From Eledone cirrhosa (taxonomy: Eukaryota), in contig OZ024741.1 of the NCBI GenBank assembly GCA_964016885.1, positions 38,688,001 through 38,752,000 of the forward strand: 64,000 nucleotides of DNA, in the 5' to 3' direction. Under the pieces are notes generated by a model that made no database searches, was not told the DNA's origin, and was given only the letters and a program-made list of their open reading frames with translations. The position numbers were made by a program, and so were the translations under genes. Each line of letters starts with the position of its first letter. The first letter of the stretch is position 1. This document shows positions 12,211-24,829 of this stretch, piece by piece.

Positions 12211-14994
12211 TAGAGTGTGCCATAAAAAGCAAGGTCACAATACTAACGCCCCCTGTGTATTTTCTCGTTATAAATGCCCCGTGTGGTAAAATAAAACATA
12301 TTTTGTATAAAATAAATTATTTTGAGCCTTGCCTATAAGATGGTGATTATAGTGGAAAGTGTGATTATGTTGCATGAAATCATGAAAATGTGAAACCAAA
12401 TATGACCATGCAATAATTGTTTATTTTATTAATCCTTTATATTTAGTAAATCAGCTTTGAATATAAAGGCGTACAAGGAAGAAACAAGTTCAGTTAAGTT
12501 AACTCCAGTCATATTTTTTTCAGAGTTTCTTTTTTGAAATCCGGGACCTTGCGACGATGAGCTTCGACTACTTGAAGAACACACTGCTTCTCCTCCTCAT
12601 TCTTGGTGATGGCAACAAAATCAGTTATCAACTTGACTGCTCTCTCCGCCAGATCGTTGACTACCTTGATATTGTGAACAACAGCACAGGTATTTTGATA
12701 TGACGCTTGTGATGACCAAGTTGCAGGTGACAGCTCAAGCTAAGTATCGTCGAGACCAAGGTGATCGAATAGATGCCTTGATTTCTTCCCAACTAGATGA
12801 GGCAGCTTCGTGGACGACTTCAACTCGGGAAATACTGGAGAATCACGGTCGAGAGGCACAGACGTTTTCGTTTTGACAAGACGTTGGGCTATTTGTTTCT
12901 TCTCGGACTCTTGGACCCGACTTGAAAACAGCGCTAGCGGAATGGCTTCCTCCGTCAGGTACCAAAGATGCCTGCTCAGAGCAGTAGTGGCTGCCTGCGA
13001 GAGATCTCTGTCAACCTTACTGTACTGTGTCAACTCCACGTAGAATTGAAGGTCATTGGATGGTGCATCAGCATACTTGACTGCTGTCAGCCAGTATCGC
13101 ACGTAGAACAGAGCATTGAACATACAGATCCGGTGCAACTTTTCCATTTTAGCTTGATCGTAATTGAGTCGCTCACCAAATGCACACATCTTTGCACTAT
13201 AGATGATTGTGGACATCCACCGAGCGTTATGATGTGCACCAGGCAGCATCCAATGAATTAGACGAGGAGGGGTGACATCAAGCAAGATCAACATCAACTC
13301 GGAACATTCTCTGTAGTCGTCCCGTGGAAGAGAACTCATTTTCCCATTGTCGGATGTCAGCAAATCTTGGAGGAACTTGATGTTCTCAGAACACAGACGC
13401 TTGAGTCTCCGGTCGACAATGTTCAATGTTTTAAAGTTGGTCTTGTCCGTGAGTGACACCCAATCTTTTTTGAACTCCTTGAACTCTGGGGTGTCTGGAC
13501 TGTACATTGCTCCGAATAGTTGTTGCCACACTGCACAAAAGATACGTTCCATGACATGGTGCCGACAAGCAAAATAAAACACCTTTTTGTTGAGCATCTC
13601 TTCTAGTTTCACGCAGGCACCATTTTTCCATCCAGAATTCGAAGCAGTTGTGTCGAAGACCAAGCCCACCACAGACCCAACCACATTCCAATCTTTAACA
13701 TGATCAAATGATGCTTTGGCTTGAGTGGTTCCAGGGCCATCAGGAATTATGGGAACACCCAGGAGTTTACCTTCTCTGAAGTGTGGAGTTCCAGTAACTA
13801 GCACACATAGCCTCTCGTGGTCACCAGGAATTATTTTGCCATCTCAGTGCAAGGTAACAAAGTCTGGTACAGTAAATTGTTCCTCTATGTGTTCAGCCCC
13901 CACAGCTCTGATCTTGTTAGCTTCACGTCTGCTACTATTCTTGGAGAGAGTTGTGGCGTCTATGACAGTCCCACCCTCAGAAATAATTGATGCCATAAAT
14001 GCTGTTCTCTGGCCCAGTATCAGGTTTAGACGATCAGCCATTAGAGAAATTTTGGACTTTGAAATGGATTCTTTGGGAGTTCCAGCTGGATTTTTCGTTT
14101 CTTGTCTGACTTTGAGCTATCTCTGGGTGGGTTTGAGGCCTGAAATTCAGGATCCTGTTCATCTTCAGTTTCATCATTGGTTGAACTTCAATCACTCAGT
14201 TATTTACGTGGAAGTTGTGCTGCTACAGATCCTGACAAACGCTTTCTATGGTTCTCTGACTCTCGACGAGCCACAGAAACCTGATCACGCTTAAACTTTG
14301 AAGATACCTTTTCCTGGTAACCCTTGTCTTCAGTACCCAAAGATACTTTTTTCTGGCAACGCAGGGCTTCGAGAAATGTAGCATCTTCCATTTTCTGTTC
14401 ATTATTACGAAGACGGTCTTTCAAACTTTTCTTTTGAGCATTAGTATGTCCAATGTAGAAATACGAATCCAATTCAGAAATAAATAGTGCTTCCTTTTCT
14501 TTGTTTGACTTAGAATCTTTGTTTTTTTTGTAAATTTCTGTATTCACTGTACATGTTCATAATTTTCAGTTTCACTTTGTCTTTTCGTTGAGTCGCCACA
14601 CCAGATTTTTCCCACTGACTAACTACTTCCATCACAAGCCGATCCACAATAGCACCATTGAAGCTCAAAGGGTTTTCGTGTTTCATAGGACCATCTTTCA
14701 GGTAGAAGAAATATCTTAGAACATCCCATTTTGTTGGTATTTTGTTTGGTGAAAAGGATGTAACATTGCCCAAGGAGCCATATTGCTCGATCATCAAAAC
14801 GGAGCGAGTAGCTACAACTAGGCCACTGGTTTCTGTCATTATTCTGCCAATTTGCAACTATTAGGCAAGGCTTAAATTAGTCTGAAGTAATCAAAATGAC
14901 ATTATAAATTGATAATATACAAAATTGCATGAGAAAATGCATGAAGAGCTAAGAAAAAAACACTTTTGTGTAAAATGTGGGATTCTGGAACACC

Positions 14995-14997
<3 letters not shown>
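12211..14997 (-). mobile_element. Full-length defective hAT-superfamily (hATm-like) DNA transposon
   Basis: Imperfect TIRs TAGAGTGTGCCA / TAGGGTGTTCCA within (TA)n. Transposase motifs LH*DGK, FDTTASN, ACRHH, VVNDLAERAVK. Confidence 0.75.
12500..14857 (-). pseudogene. DDE transposase pseudogene
   Basis: ORF pieces 14510-14857, 14200-14547, 13844-14041 and 12740-13804, plus a C-terminal NDLAER segment beyond a premature stop. Stops at 13844 and 12740 and two frameshifts. Confidence 0.8.
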
Positions 14998-15039
<42 letters not shown>

Positions 15040-15042
<3 letters not shown>

Positions 15043-17275
15043 TTAGTTAAGCAAAACAAGACCACAAATTTCACAAGGAAGACATTATTAAAAGATTGTC
15101 AACATATTTAGTTTGATGTAAGGAATGTAGAGAATAATAATAATAATAATAATATTAATAATAATAATGCCCGTTTACAATTGTTTCGCCACTCCGTATA
15201 ATATTTCTGGATCAGATGACTATGTATCATAATTGATCTGGTTCAGTTGAAAATAATTAACATATTTAAAAAAACAGAGTGGCTCATCGGAACTCAAAGG
15301 AATATAAATTATAATAATGTTACATAATATAATGTTCCATATATTAGTTTTTACTATTGTGCCTTTGTTTCATCAGCTGTCAGCCATAATCAAGCAGTAC
15401 TCATCTGTCGAGGCTGCATTGTGTGAGATCTGCCTATGGGTAACAAGATGGCTGCCAAAGGGCATATTTACCTCACTAATTAGAGGGTGGTTTCAGGGGA
15501 AGTAACTTCTAAAGAGATTAGAGATTGTGTGTATTTTATAGTTATGTGCTAGTATTTAAATTATTTAATTGAGAGACAATGTAGGGGAGGTAACTTATAA
15601 TTATCGAGTTGTTCATAGCAATTTAACTTATTAGCTACAATTAGAGATTGGGCTTCATGACTAAGTTGGGTCAAAAACTCTATTGGCGAAGGAATTAGCC
15701 CTTCGATGTTGACAGCTAATGGTTACCTCCGTTCTATCGTTAATTGGTAGAGGTCTTGATAGAGTTATGTAATATGCTTCCGTAACACAGAGATCGCAAG
15801 ATTTCCTTCGTCCATTGAACGGTTGGGCCCTAGCTACGATATCCCATTTTAGTGAGTGTTGAACTTTGTTTAATTTAAGGTTTTTAATGAGCCTAGCTAA
15901 CGATGTCGAACATCTGTTGCTAGGGTCTCGGAAGGAAAAAGAGTGCGCGTTATAGCGTACCTTAAAAGGGTTAGAGGTAGACCCGATATAAGAGCTGGTA
16001 TTCGAAGCAGTCTCAACTGTGCACCTATAGACTATGTTGGGTGTCAGGCAGTGTCCATTTAATGGGCATGCATTGGGGTACCGGCAGTTGCAGTTGCTTC
16101 TGCGGTTAGTGATAGTAGGGTTATTTAACCTAAGCAGTTGGTCCGTGCCAGAAGGATTAGATGGGGGAGGTGTGCTACTAGAGTAATTATTGGTGTAGTG
16201 GCGTGGTGTATTTGATAGGGGTGGTGGTACCGCGGTGTGGGAGTTATAGTGTCTTAGCTTATGATGGTTACTGAACGCGATGTGGCTAGCTAGGTTAGGT
16301 GTAGTGGAGAATAAGATTTTAATGTTGTTTTTATTAAAGAGTTTGTATTATCTATGGTTAGGGGGAAGTGTTTGGATAGGATAGAGAAGAAGCGATTGGG
16401 GATATTAGTGGCTAGATTAGATGAGAATGGTGGGTTAAGCCAGGCGATATTTCTAGGCCTATTCCTTCTAGGGGTTCTAGTGGAGTTGGTAGGGACCTTC
16501 CTAGGGTTATTATTACCTGGGGGTTTGTTATTTGTCATCCCATTTCTCATTCCTATTCTATGGTTGATTCTAAGTTTGATACTAGGAGTGGGGAGCAGGC
16601 CGCTGCCACCATTAAAGTTCCCTGTATAGGTGCTGTTACTGCTAAAATTCCGGCGAATCTGGCTATATGCTAAGGTATTTCTAGTTCTAGTGTTAAGTTT
16701 ATTATGGTGAGTTGCTGTGTTATGGCATTTTGGTATGTAATAAATTGATTGTTTATAACCAGATTCAGAGAGAGCCTTATTATTATATTGTGCGTGGTTT
16801 ATAAATATCTCTTCATTTGCTGATAGCATTGAGATCCTATAGGAGATAGATTTGATTACTGCTCTGATGACTGCCGGTGGGTGGTTAGAGTGTGGACTAA
16901 TATATGTGAGTATTTCGCCTGGTTTATGGTAAGGGTTATAAAGGTTATTGTTGAGATCAAGGGTGACGTCTAGGAAGTTTACTACTTTATGGTTCAGCTC
17001 GATGGTGATAGAAAGACCGTTATTTTTGTAGAATCTATGAAATTGTTTCTTAAGCAAATCGATTCCCCGATTAGTGCAATTGTGGACTGCAAATAGGGCG
17101 TCGTCCCTGTATATTCCACCTTGCATGGGTTGTATTTCGGCTCTGATGTTACGTAATAGGTAAATCCCAACTAAATCGGTGACTTGCGCGGAGTCACTTG
17201 ATCCCATCGTAATGTCAAAGTTATCTGTTCTATCTTTTCTAGTCCAGAGTGCTCCGTTGAATTCAATGATAGTCT
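15040..17275 (-). mobile_element. 5'-truncated Penelope-like element (Naiad-type): RT, Zn linker, GIY-YIG, 3' pseudo-LTR
   Basis: MGSSDSAQVTDLVG, YRDD, FLDVTL, SNHPP, WLNPPFS. After a frameshift and stop at ~16350: CNCRYPNACPLNGHCL..IVY..YIG..CDLC..E..SCQH, stop at 15661-15663. Confidence 0.88.
15173..15293 (-). ncRNA. Hammerhead ribozyme motif in the PLE 3' pseudo-LTR
   Basis: GTT-CCGATGA-GCCACTC..(~80-nt loop)..GAGTGGC-GAAA-C AATT G-TA-AAC: 7-bp helix II, palindromic helix III, U4C variant core. Confidence 0.7.
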
Positions 17276-17279
17276 GAAA

Positions 17280-17997
17280 ATAACTAGAACTAAATCAGTC
17301 ATATGGTTCCCCCCACCCCCCTGCTTCGATACCAGTTAGAACACCAATTGCAAAATTATTCTTTAATGCTTTGGACACCTCTTTCCCTACTCAACATAAA
17401 TACCATTCCATTTTTAATAGACACATCATTAAATTGTCTTATTCTACAACTATGAATATGACCCAAAACATTGCTAAATTAAACACTAAAATTCTAAAGC
17501 AGAATCAGCATAATGATCTTAATAATAGCGTTAACATAAATGATAATAAACCAAAATGTAATTGTAGAAATAAAATTGATTGCCCTCTGCAAAATAATTG
17601 TTTAGATCGTAATTTGGTGTATAAATGCACCGTAAAAACTGATTACAGCACATACAACTACATAGGATCGTCTTCTTCTACATTTAAAGCCAGATTTGCG
17701 AACCATAAATGCTCATTTTCGAACTCCAAGAGGAAATCATCCACTTCTTTATCACAGCTTAGATGGTCATTAAAAGAGAATTTAAAATACTCCATTTTTT
17801 GGACGAAACTTCGGAATAGTGGAGTTTACCGCAACTCAAGTATATCAAGTAACTACGCCCTTTGTACAATGGAGACCCTGTTGATTATTAATAATTATGA
17901 GACCTTAATTAACAAAAAAAGTGAATTATTCTCTAATTGCCTTCATAAAGCTTTGTCTACATTTAAAGCCTCCCATAAGACCAGGAAAAAACACTAA
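17280..17997 (+). mobile_element. Second Naiad-type PLE fragment (linker and GIY-YIG endonuclease), different family
   Basis: ORF 17371-17997: KLSYSTTMNM, CNCRNKIDCPLQNNCL, LVY..YIG, LC..E, NKKSELFSNCLH. Confidence 0.85.
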
Positions 17998-18186
17998 GCA
18001 ACTAAACTTGGTTTTTAGACGTACATAATCAACAGTTGAACACATTAATGGCCTTTAATATTGCTTTATCTTATAACTATCTATAAAAGAAATAACGTTT
18101 GAATGAATGACACTTGTTTAATAACATGCTGACACGTTGATATATATAACATAATATTATTAACTTTGATCCATACCATCATTTCT

Positions 18187-18470
18187 CTATCTTTATTTTT
18201 CTATCTACGTTTTAAATATAGTTCAAATATCCAACCTGTAAATTTTTACGGACCTTACTTTGAACTGTGAATCATTCATGCGTTTACACTCCTTTATTTA
18301 TATATATGTATGTATTTAACTGTTGCATGTTTTTAATTATACCTATCTTTATTTTTCTAGCTATGTTTTAAATATAGTGCAAATAAATTTTTACGGACCT
18401 TATTTTGAACTGTGAATCATTCATGCGTTTACACTCTTTTATATATATGTACGTATTTAAGTTTTGCATT
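18187..18470. repeat. Two-copy ~155-bp tandem repeat in the PLE 3' region
   Basis: 'aaatttttacggacctta.tttgaactgtgaatcattcatgcgtttacactc' occurs at ~18240 and ~18385. Confidence 0.8.
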
Positions 18471-18792
18471 TACCAGAAGTATACTGTCTCATTAATACTT
18501 AGTATATCTCTCTATACCTAATTTTTTGCAAATATGTGTATATTGTATAATAACATAATTATATTATTAGTTAAGTATATCTCTGCATTAGGTTTTTTTT
18601 TGCATCTATATTTATAATGTATAATAACTTAATCATAATTACCGTTTCGGTTTAACGCTATATATAGTCTGTGCAAATATAGATATATTGTACAATAACA
18701 TATTCATTATTTAGAGTTCATTCCTCCTATGAAGGTAGAAATAATATAGTGATTTAATATAATATAATAAATATTAATTTATTACGATAAAT

Positions 18793-18901
<109 letters not shown>

Positions 18902-19474
18902 TGAAAAATCTGAGTTAATCATTATACTTTAGACAATGTATCTACTTGACAATACATTTTTCGATATTTCTAACAATAAGTACTTCATAAATTTTACATA
19001 CCGAAAATGTTGACACTGTTATAGGTAATTTTTGTTAAAGATTATATTTATAGGTATATTCAACAGAGTATATTTTTCTTTCGCGGGCCTAGTAAATCCT
19101 TTAATTTTGTTTTCATAAAATTCAGACTTTTAGAAATGTAACACATTTAAAAAATTTATAACATTTATAAAATTAATAAATATAAATGACCATCAACTTT
19201 TAAAAACTTAAAATTTTGTTCTTCACCCTAAAATAACATAAATTAAATATTTTGAAACTTAACCGCTTAGTCCTTAAGGGGAAGAAAGAAAAAAAATGTT
19301 TCTGCATAAATTACTCCCCTTTATCTCTCCCTCTCTTTAATCATCTATCAGATGCCTTCATAAACTGTAATAAATTTTATTATATTTTGTCTGATGGGGA
19401 CGTACTGTTGTACCTCTGAAATATGTATAATAAAATTTAATTGATCAAAAGAACATCTATTTTATTAATATTTG

Positions 19475-19525
<51 letters not shown>

Positions 19526-21106
19526 GTATATATAATTTAACTTAGTGCCGCATCACCTTATGTTTCTTAGGCGTAAAGATACACGTTTACTTTGTATATA
19601 TATATCTGATGGTTAAACGTATATTTTCACGTCTCGAATACGTAAAGTAATGCAAAACTAAGTTAAACTCTGTGCCTGTATATGTGTAAACACTTCTTAT
19701 GTGTGAATGTGTATATATATTTGTGTGGGAGTTTGTAATGCTTCTTGCTCAGAAAATCCCACTCTTTGCAGAAATCCACTCCATCTCTCCTCAACCAGGG
19801 TTTTCTACATTATCTACTCAAATTGATACGATTTACTGTATGTCAAAGTTGTATTAACGTACTTTGCTAAACTGTGGTTATTCACCAGTGAATATAGAAA
19901 TAGATCTATTTATGTTGTTTTTCTGTGCATTCTTGTATGAAGTATTGACTCGGAGATAAGAACTCACTGGAAAATATTCCTTTTTCTGATATTTCTTTTT
20001 CTCTTCCATTTTCTGATATTTCTTTTTCTCTTCCATTTTCTTAAGACTTCAAACCGTTTGTCACATTCTATCTTTGGCAATATATATCGGCTGATGTCGA
20101 ATATTTCAGTAAGTTATTCTCTCACAGGTATGCATTTTATGTAGTTGAAAGTTGCGAGAGAAATCAAGTTGCCAAATCACCAAAAAAATACCGTCTTAAA
20201 AATTATGTGATATACATTTAAAAATCTTGTTCCTGATATACAAAATGGTGGGATGGGCTCGGCTAGAATCCTTCTCAATACAGGTTTGCTTGGTTAGTGC
20301 TGCTCTGGGTGAAAAATGACAAGAATAGAAAAAAAATAACATTAAAAAATTATTTCATGCGTAAAACAAAGTAATTTATTCACAACGTTTATTTTTATTT
20401 TTATTTTCTTACTGTTTAGCAGGAAAGAGAGGGGCAGTTGTCAGGACTCTTTTCCAGGCCATTCGATACCAGTGAGAGGGATAGAGGAAAATTAATTCAG
20501 AAGTTTGTAATAGAATGTACTCCGTTAAAGGCATACAAAGGTGAAGTGGTACTATTAAACCGGGTGACTGGTCAAGTCTATCAATCAAGTAGGTCGTAGT
20601 GTGATTTAAACCCATAATCAGAATAAAAACCGGGTGGTATCTCGTTCAAAACTCAACTAATATCATCAATCAATTGCACTAGATGGTACTTTATTTATCG
20701 ACCACGAAGGCTGAAAAGCAATGCTGATCTCAGCTGTATTTAAACTCAGGAAGTAAAGTGACACATCCAGACACTTTGCCACAAAGCTTTTTTCCTGACA
20801 ATCTAAAGTGATATAGTGGTTTCTTATTTAGGCACAATGGCAGAACATTTTAGAGAAGGATTAAGTTAATTAAATTAACCACAGTATATGATCTAACAAA
20901 TTTTGCCACGCCATTGCCCTAGATTGGTAATTTATATTATCTACTCCAGGAAGAATGCAAGGAAAAGCTGACCACGGAGCTTAACGGGATCTGAATTCAG
21001 AGAGCATAGAGAGCCGGAGCCTATACCGTAAGATATTTTGTCCCATATCTTGACGACTCAGCCACACTGTTTCTCCCACTTACATGTTAATTTTAGGAGC
21101 AGTATG

Positions 21107-21391
21107 TTCTTCTTCTTTCTGTCTTAAGCCAGAAGGCTCATTTGGCCGGTGATTATCCCGGTTTCATGGCGTGAAGCGACTGAGAGTACAAGACTCCCCC
21201 CTGGACAGGACGCCAGTCCATCGCAGGGTTAAACCTCCAGCTATTGCTGGTACTCATTTTCAGCTGAGTAAACTGGAGCAACGTGAAATAAAGTGTCTTG
21301 CTCAAGGAAGCAACACATCAGTCGGTCCGAGAATTGAACTCACAACCTTTCGATTGCAAGCCTAATGCTCTAACCACTAAGCCATGCGCCT
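21107..21391 (-). mobile_element. Full-length tRNA-derived SINE with MetaSINE-like core and (GAA)n tail
   Basis: Minus strand: ggcgcatggcttagtggttagagc (A box), gagttcaattctc (B box), aaccctgcgatggactggcgtcctgtccagggggg core, gaagaagaa tail. Confidence 0.8.
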
Positions 21392-21944
21392 TCATGAACA
21401 CTGGAACACTCACCTTCGAAAACGATAGATCTTCATTCCATAACTGTATAAAATAAACGATCCCAACCATACGGTACACATAGTCATACTGTTTCAATAA
21501 TTCTTATATTTTACATGTTTTCTGCTAACATGTGTAAAGTACATATTGATATTATACGCAATTATATATGCATGTAGATATGATACATCAAATAAAATCG
21601 TAATTGACAATGTACACAGAAATTGAACGAAGTCTGCGTTACATTGTCTTATGTAATCAGTAACGTATTCCATGATACATTAAAAAAAAGACGATATTAT
21701 ATATAAACTGAATTAGGAGAAAAAGCGATCGCTAACCGGAAGTATTGACATTTGAAAATTTTAAAGAAGTGAATCTTGAAATAAGCCAAAAAATTATTTA
21801 TATTTAATCAAGAATAACGAAATTTAGTAGATAAATTATGTAATATTCATTTATTATTTATTCAAAGAAATCCAACTTATTTTACAAGCGGGATAAAAAT
21901 ATATTCTGGACGCAGTCCCGCACTCCTTACTTTAATATAGATTA

Positions 21945-22515
21945 GATACAGTTATGGAATTAAGCCCTATCATTTTCGAAGGAGAGTTTCCAGTGTTCGT
22001 TCAACGGAACATACTGCTCCTAAAGTTAACATGTATGTAGCAAAAAATTCCACAGACATATGTAAGATTAATGTAATTCTCAGGGAGATTCAGCATGACA
22101 CAGTTTGTGACGAGAGTGGTCTCATTTAATTACAAGTGTATGTAGAGCGGTAGATTGGCAGTATGATTAAAGCGTACGACACCATGCTTCACAGCATAGA
22201 GTTACGCCCCTTTACATTCTGAGTTAAAATCCCGCCGAGGTTAGCTTTGCCTTTCATCCTTACGGGGTCGATAACATAAAGTACCAGTAATGCACTGGGG
22301 TCGATTTAATCGGCTTTTTCCTAAATTGCTGGCCTTGTGCCTATAGTAGAAATTGTTCAATTACAGGTATATGTCATCTAAACAGTTTTCGTCAACCAAA
22401 TTTCACTCACAAAGCTTGGGTAGACACGAAGCGATGGTAAATGACACTTGCCCAAGTCGGATTAAACCCGGGACTTTATGATTGCGAATCAAACTTCTTA
22501 AATATTCGACCCTGT
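21945..22515 (-). mobile_element. SINE (same family as 2908-3230) interrupted by another SINE
   Basis: Homologous to 2908-3230, split at ~22141-22357. Confidence 0.55.
22146..22355 (+). mobile_element. tRNA-derived SINE (same family as 5246)
   Basis: 'gcctttcatccttacggggtcgataacataaagtaccagt' core and matching head. Confidence 0.8.
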
Positions 22516-23154
22516 ATCGTCCACATATACAACAATGAGACTTTACTGCACGACCCAATTTCGTTTTACATTTTTAGATCTTTCGCTTCATTTATTATAT
22601 TTAATGGTCTACAGTAGAGCATGGACGCCACAAATTTAAAACATCGTTGCCCTCTCTCCTGTAAAATAATAAGTACATACACATAAAATAATCAATAATG
22701 CTTTAAAAAAAACTATTATCGTTTATGACGTACGGGGAATGTGCGTTAAATTTAAATATTTTCTTTTCGATTTTTTTAAAAAATATCTCAAATAGTTAAC
22801 TATTGAACTATTAGAAGGTAAATAGTTTTTTTTTTCAGATTATTCTCATAGTTATAACATTTCTCTCGTTATACTGGGCCTATATTTAGATGATTGGTTA
22901 CCATCTGCGTCAAAGTAATCGAAATTGCGTTAAAATCGAAATATAGTACAGACACACACAGCACATACATAGGTGCATGCATGTGAACCGATAAAGACAC
23001 AGGCAGGCACCCACACTCATATCTATTTTTAAGGATTGTTCTTGCAGTTCTGCTATCATTCTGATATTAGCAGAACAGCCATTATTTACAATCGAATATG
23101 ACTTGGTAGTATGTACCACGCTTTCACTAAGGATTTTACTTCTCCGTGTAGTTG

Positions 23155-23528
23155 TATGGAATAACATTACTTGATAGAGTGCGTAACTCGGAAATCAGAG
23201 AAGTACTACAGGTAGAGCTGCTACTTCTTCGAGTTGAAAGATCACAGATCCGATACTATGGACATGCGGTTAGAAGTCTCAGGAAAGAATCGCTGGACAG
23301 ATTTTATGAGCGAAACCAACAGACAAGAGAACTTGGAGTATACCCGAGCAAGATGGTTGAATAATATCCATGAGCTCGGCTGGTCTTGCTTGGGGGATCT
23401 ATCCGGATTAGTTGGAGACGATTGTTTCTGACAGGACCCGCTGGAAAGAGTGTTTGAGGACTCTGTCCCCATGACGACCTCAGGGATAAGTGGAAGAAGA
23501 AGAAGAAGAAGAAGAAGAAGAAGAAGAT
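23155..23528 (+). mobile_element. RTE LINE 3' fragment with (GAA)n tail
   Basis: GITLLDRVRNSEIREVLQVELLLLRVERSQIRYYGH, followed by (GAA)n at 23492-23526. Confidence 0.8.
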
Positions 23529-23664
23529 AACGCTCTCTCAGATTTACGGAACAAACAAAACCCCATGCCGCGACAAGGCCAGGCCCAGAAAGTGGATATC
23601 AGCGTGATTTGAACTCAGAGGGCAGATTGCGGAAAGAAATATCTAACGACTATGCTGAATCAAG

Positions 23665-23843
23665 TTTGGTAGTATCGGTAGAGCGTCAGACACCATGCTT
23701 TGCAGCATAGAGTTATGGCCCTTTGTGATCTGAGTTCAAATCAGCCGAGGTAAACTTTGTCTTTCATCCTTACGGGGTCGATAAAATAAAGTACCAGTGA
23801 TGCACTGAGGTAATCGCTGGCCTTGTGCCAAAAGTAGAAAGAC
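23665..23843 (+). mobile_element. tRNA-derived SINE (same family as 5246)
   Basis: Same head, B box and core. Confidence 0.8.
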
Positions 23844-24319
23844 TATGCTGAAGCAACCGCTTTCCCAATCCTACTATATTGAAAGTATATTTAGATTACC
23901 GACTACTGCTTGCGTCAGAATAATTGAAATTACGTTGAAATCGAAATATTATATAAAGAAGAACATATTGACTCACCCACGTACAATGTCTCTGACATAC
24001 ACAGATATATACAAATACATAAAAACACACACATACACACATGCAGACACATTACAGATTTTTCAAACTTTGCTGTTGTCAGCCCTTTTTTCTCAATCAG
24101 GATCAAATATATGACATAAGAGGAAATCAATAGTCGGCAAATTAGCAGAGTGATTCAGATGTCAGAGAGAATACTTTACAATATTCCTTTCGGCTCTCTG
24201 CACTCTGAGTTCAAATCTAACCAAGGTCAACTCTGTCTTTCATCTTTTCGGGTTCAATAAAAAAGAGTCCCAGTCCAGTTTCTACCTCTATATCTATTTC
24301 TGACTTCCTTCGTATCACC

Positions 24320-24372
<53 letters not shown>

Positions 24373-24405
24373 TCTTTCTCCTTCTCTCTATCTATTTCTT
24401 CCCCC

Positions 24406-24438
<33 letters not shown>

Positions 24439-24608
24439 TGTATCTCTCTTTCTCTCACTCTCTCTTTATATATATTTTCTCTTTCTCTCTCTCTGTGTCT
24501 CTCTCTCTCTCGCTCTCCCTTTCTCTCTCTCTCTATATATCTATCTATTTCTATCTTTCTCTCCCTTTCTTTCTCTCTCTCTCTCTCTCTCTCTCTCACC
24601 CTCTCTTA
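24320..24608. repeat. (CT)n-rich microsatellite
   Basis: Direct observation. Confidence 0.95.
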
Positions 24609-24829
24609 TTCTCTGGAAGAAAGCTGTTTTCAGACTTGGAGAGATAATGGGCTCAATCTGGTTTAGAAACTGCCCAAGACCTGAAATATGTCAATATGGC
24701 GTCTCTATCATTTCAATAGAAAGATGGAAAATTCCAACATATGTTGTCACGATTAGAAGTATATGTGAAATTGAGCAGCTTAACATTTTACAAGAAGTCA
24801 CCAGCTTTGATGTCTTTATGTTCATTGGT

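Noticed and set aside
19978-20042. ~29-bp direct duplication
   Set aside because: Ordinary local slippage with no further structure.
21335-21391. tRNA gene
   Set aside because: The A/B boxes are the head of a SINE and continue into the SINE core and tail. No complete cloverleaf.
21078-22040. Apparent MITE with ~90-bp TIRs
   Set aside because: The arms match the 3' part of the SINE family at 2908-3230. They are two oppositely oriented SINE remnants, one interrupted by another SINE.
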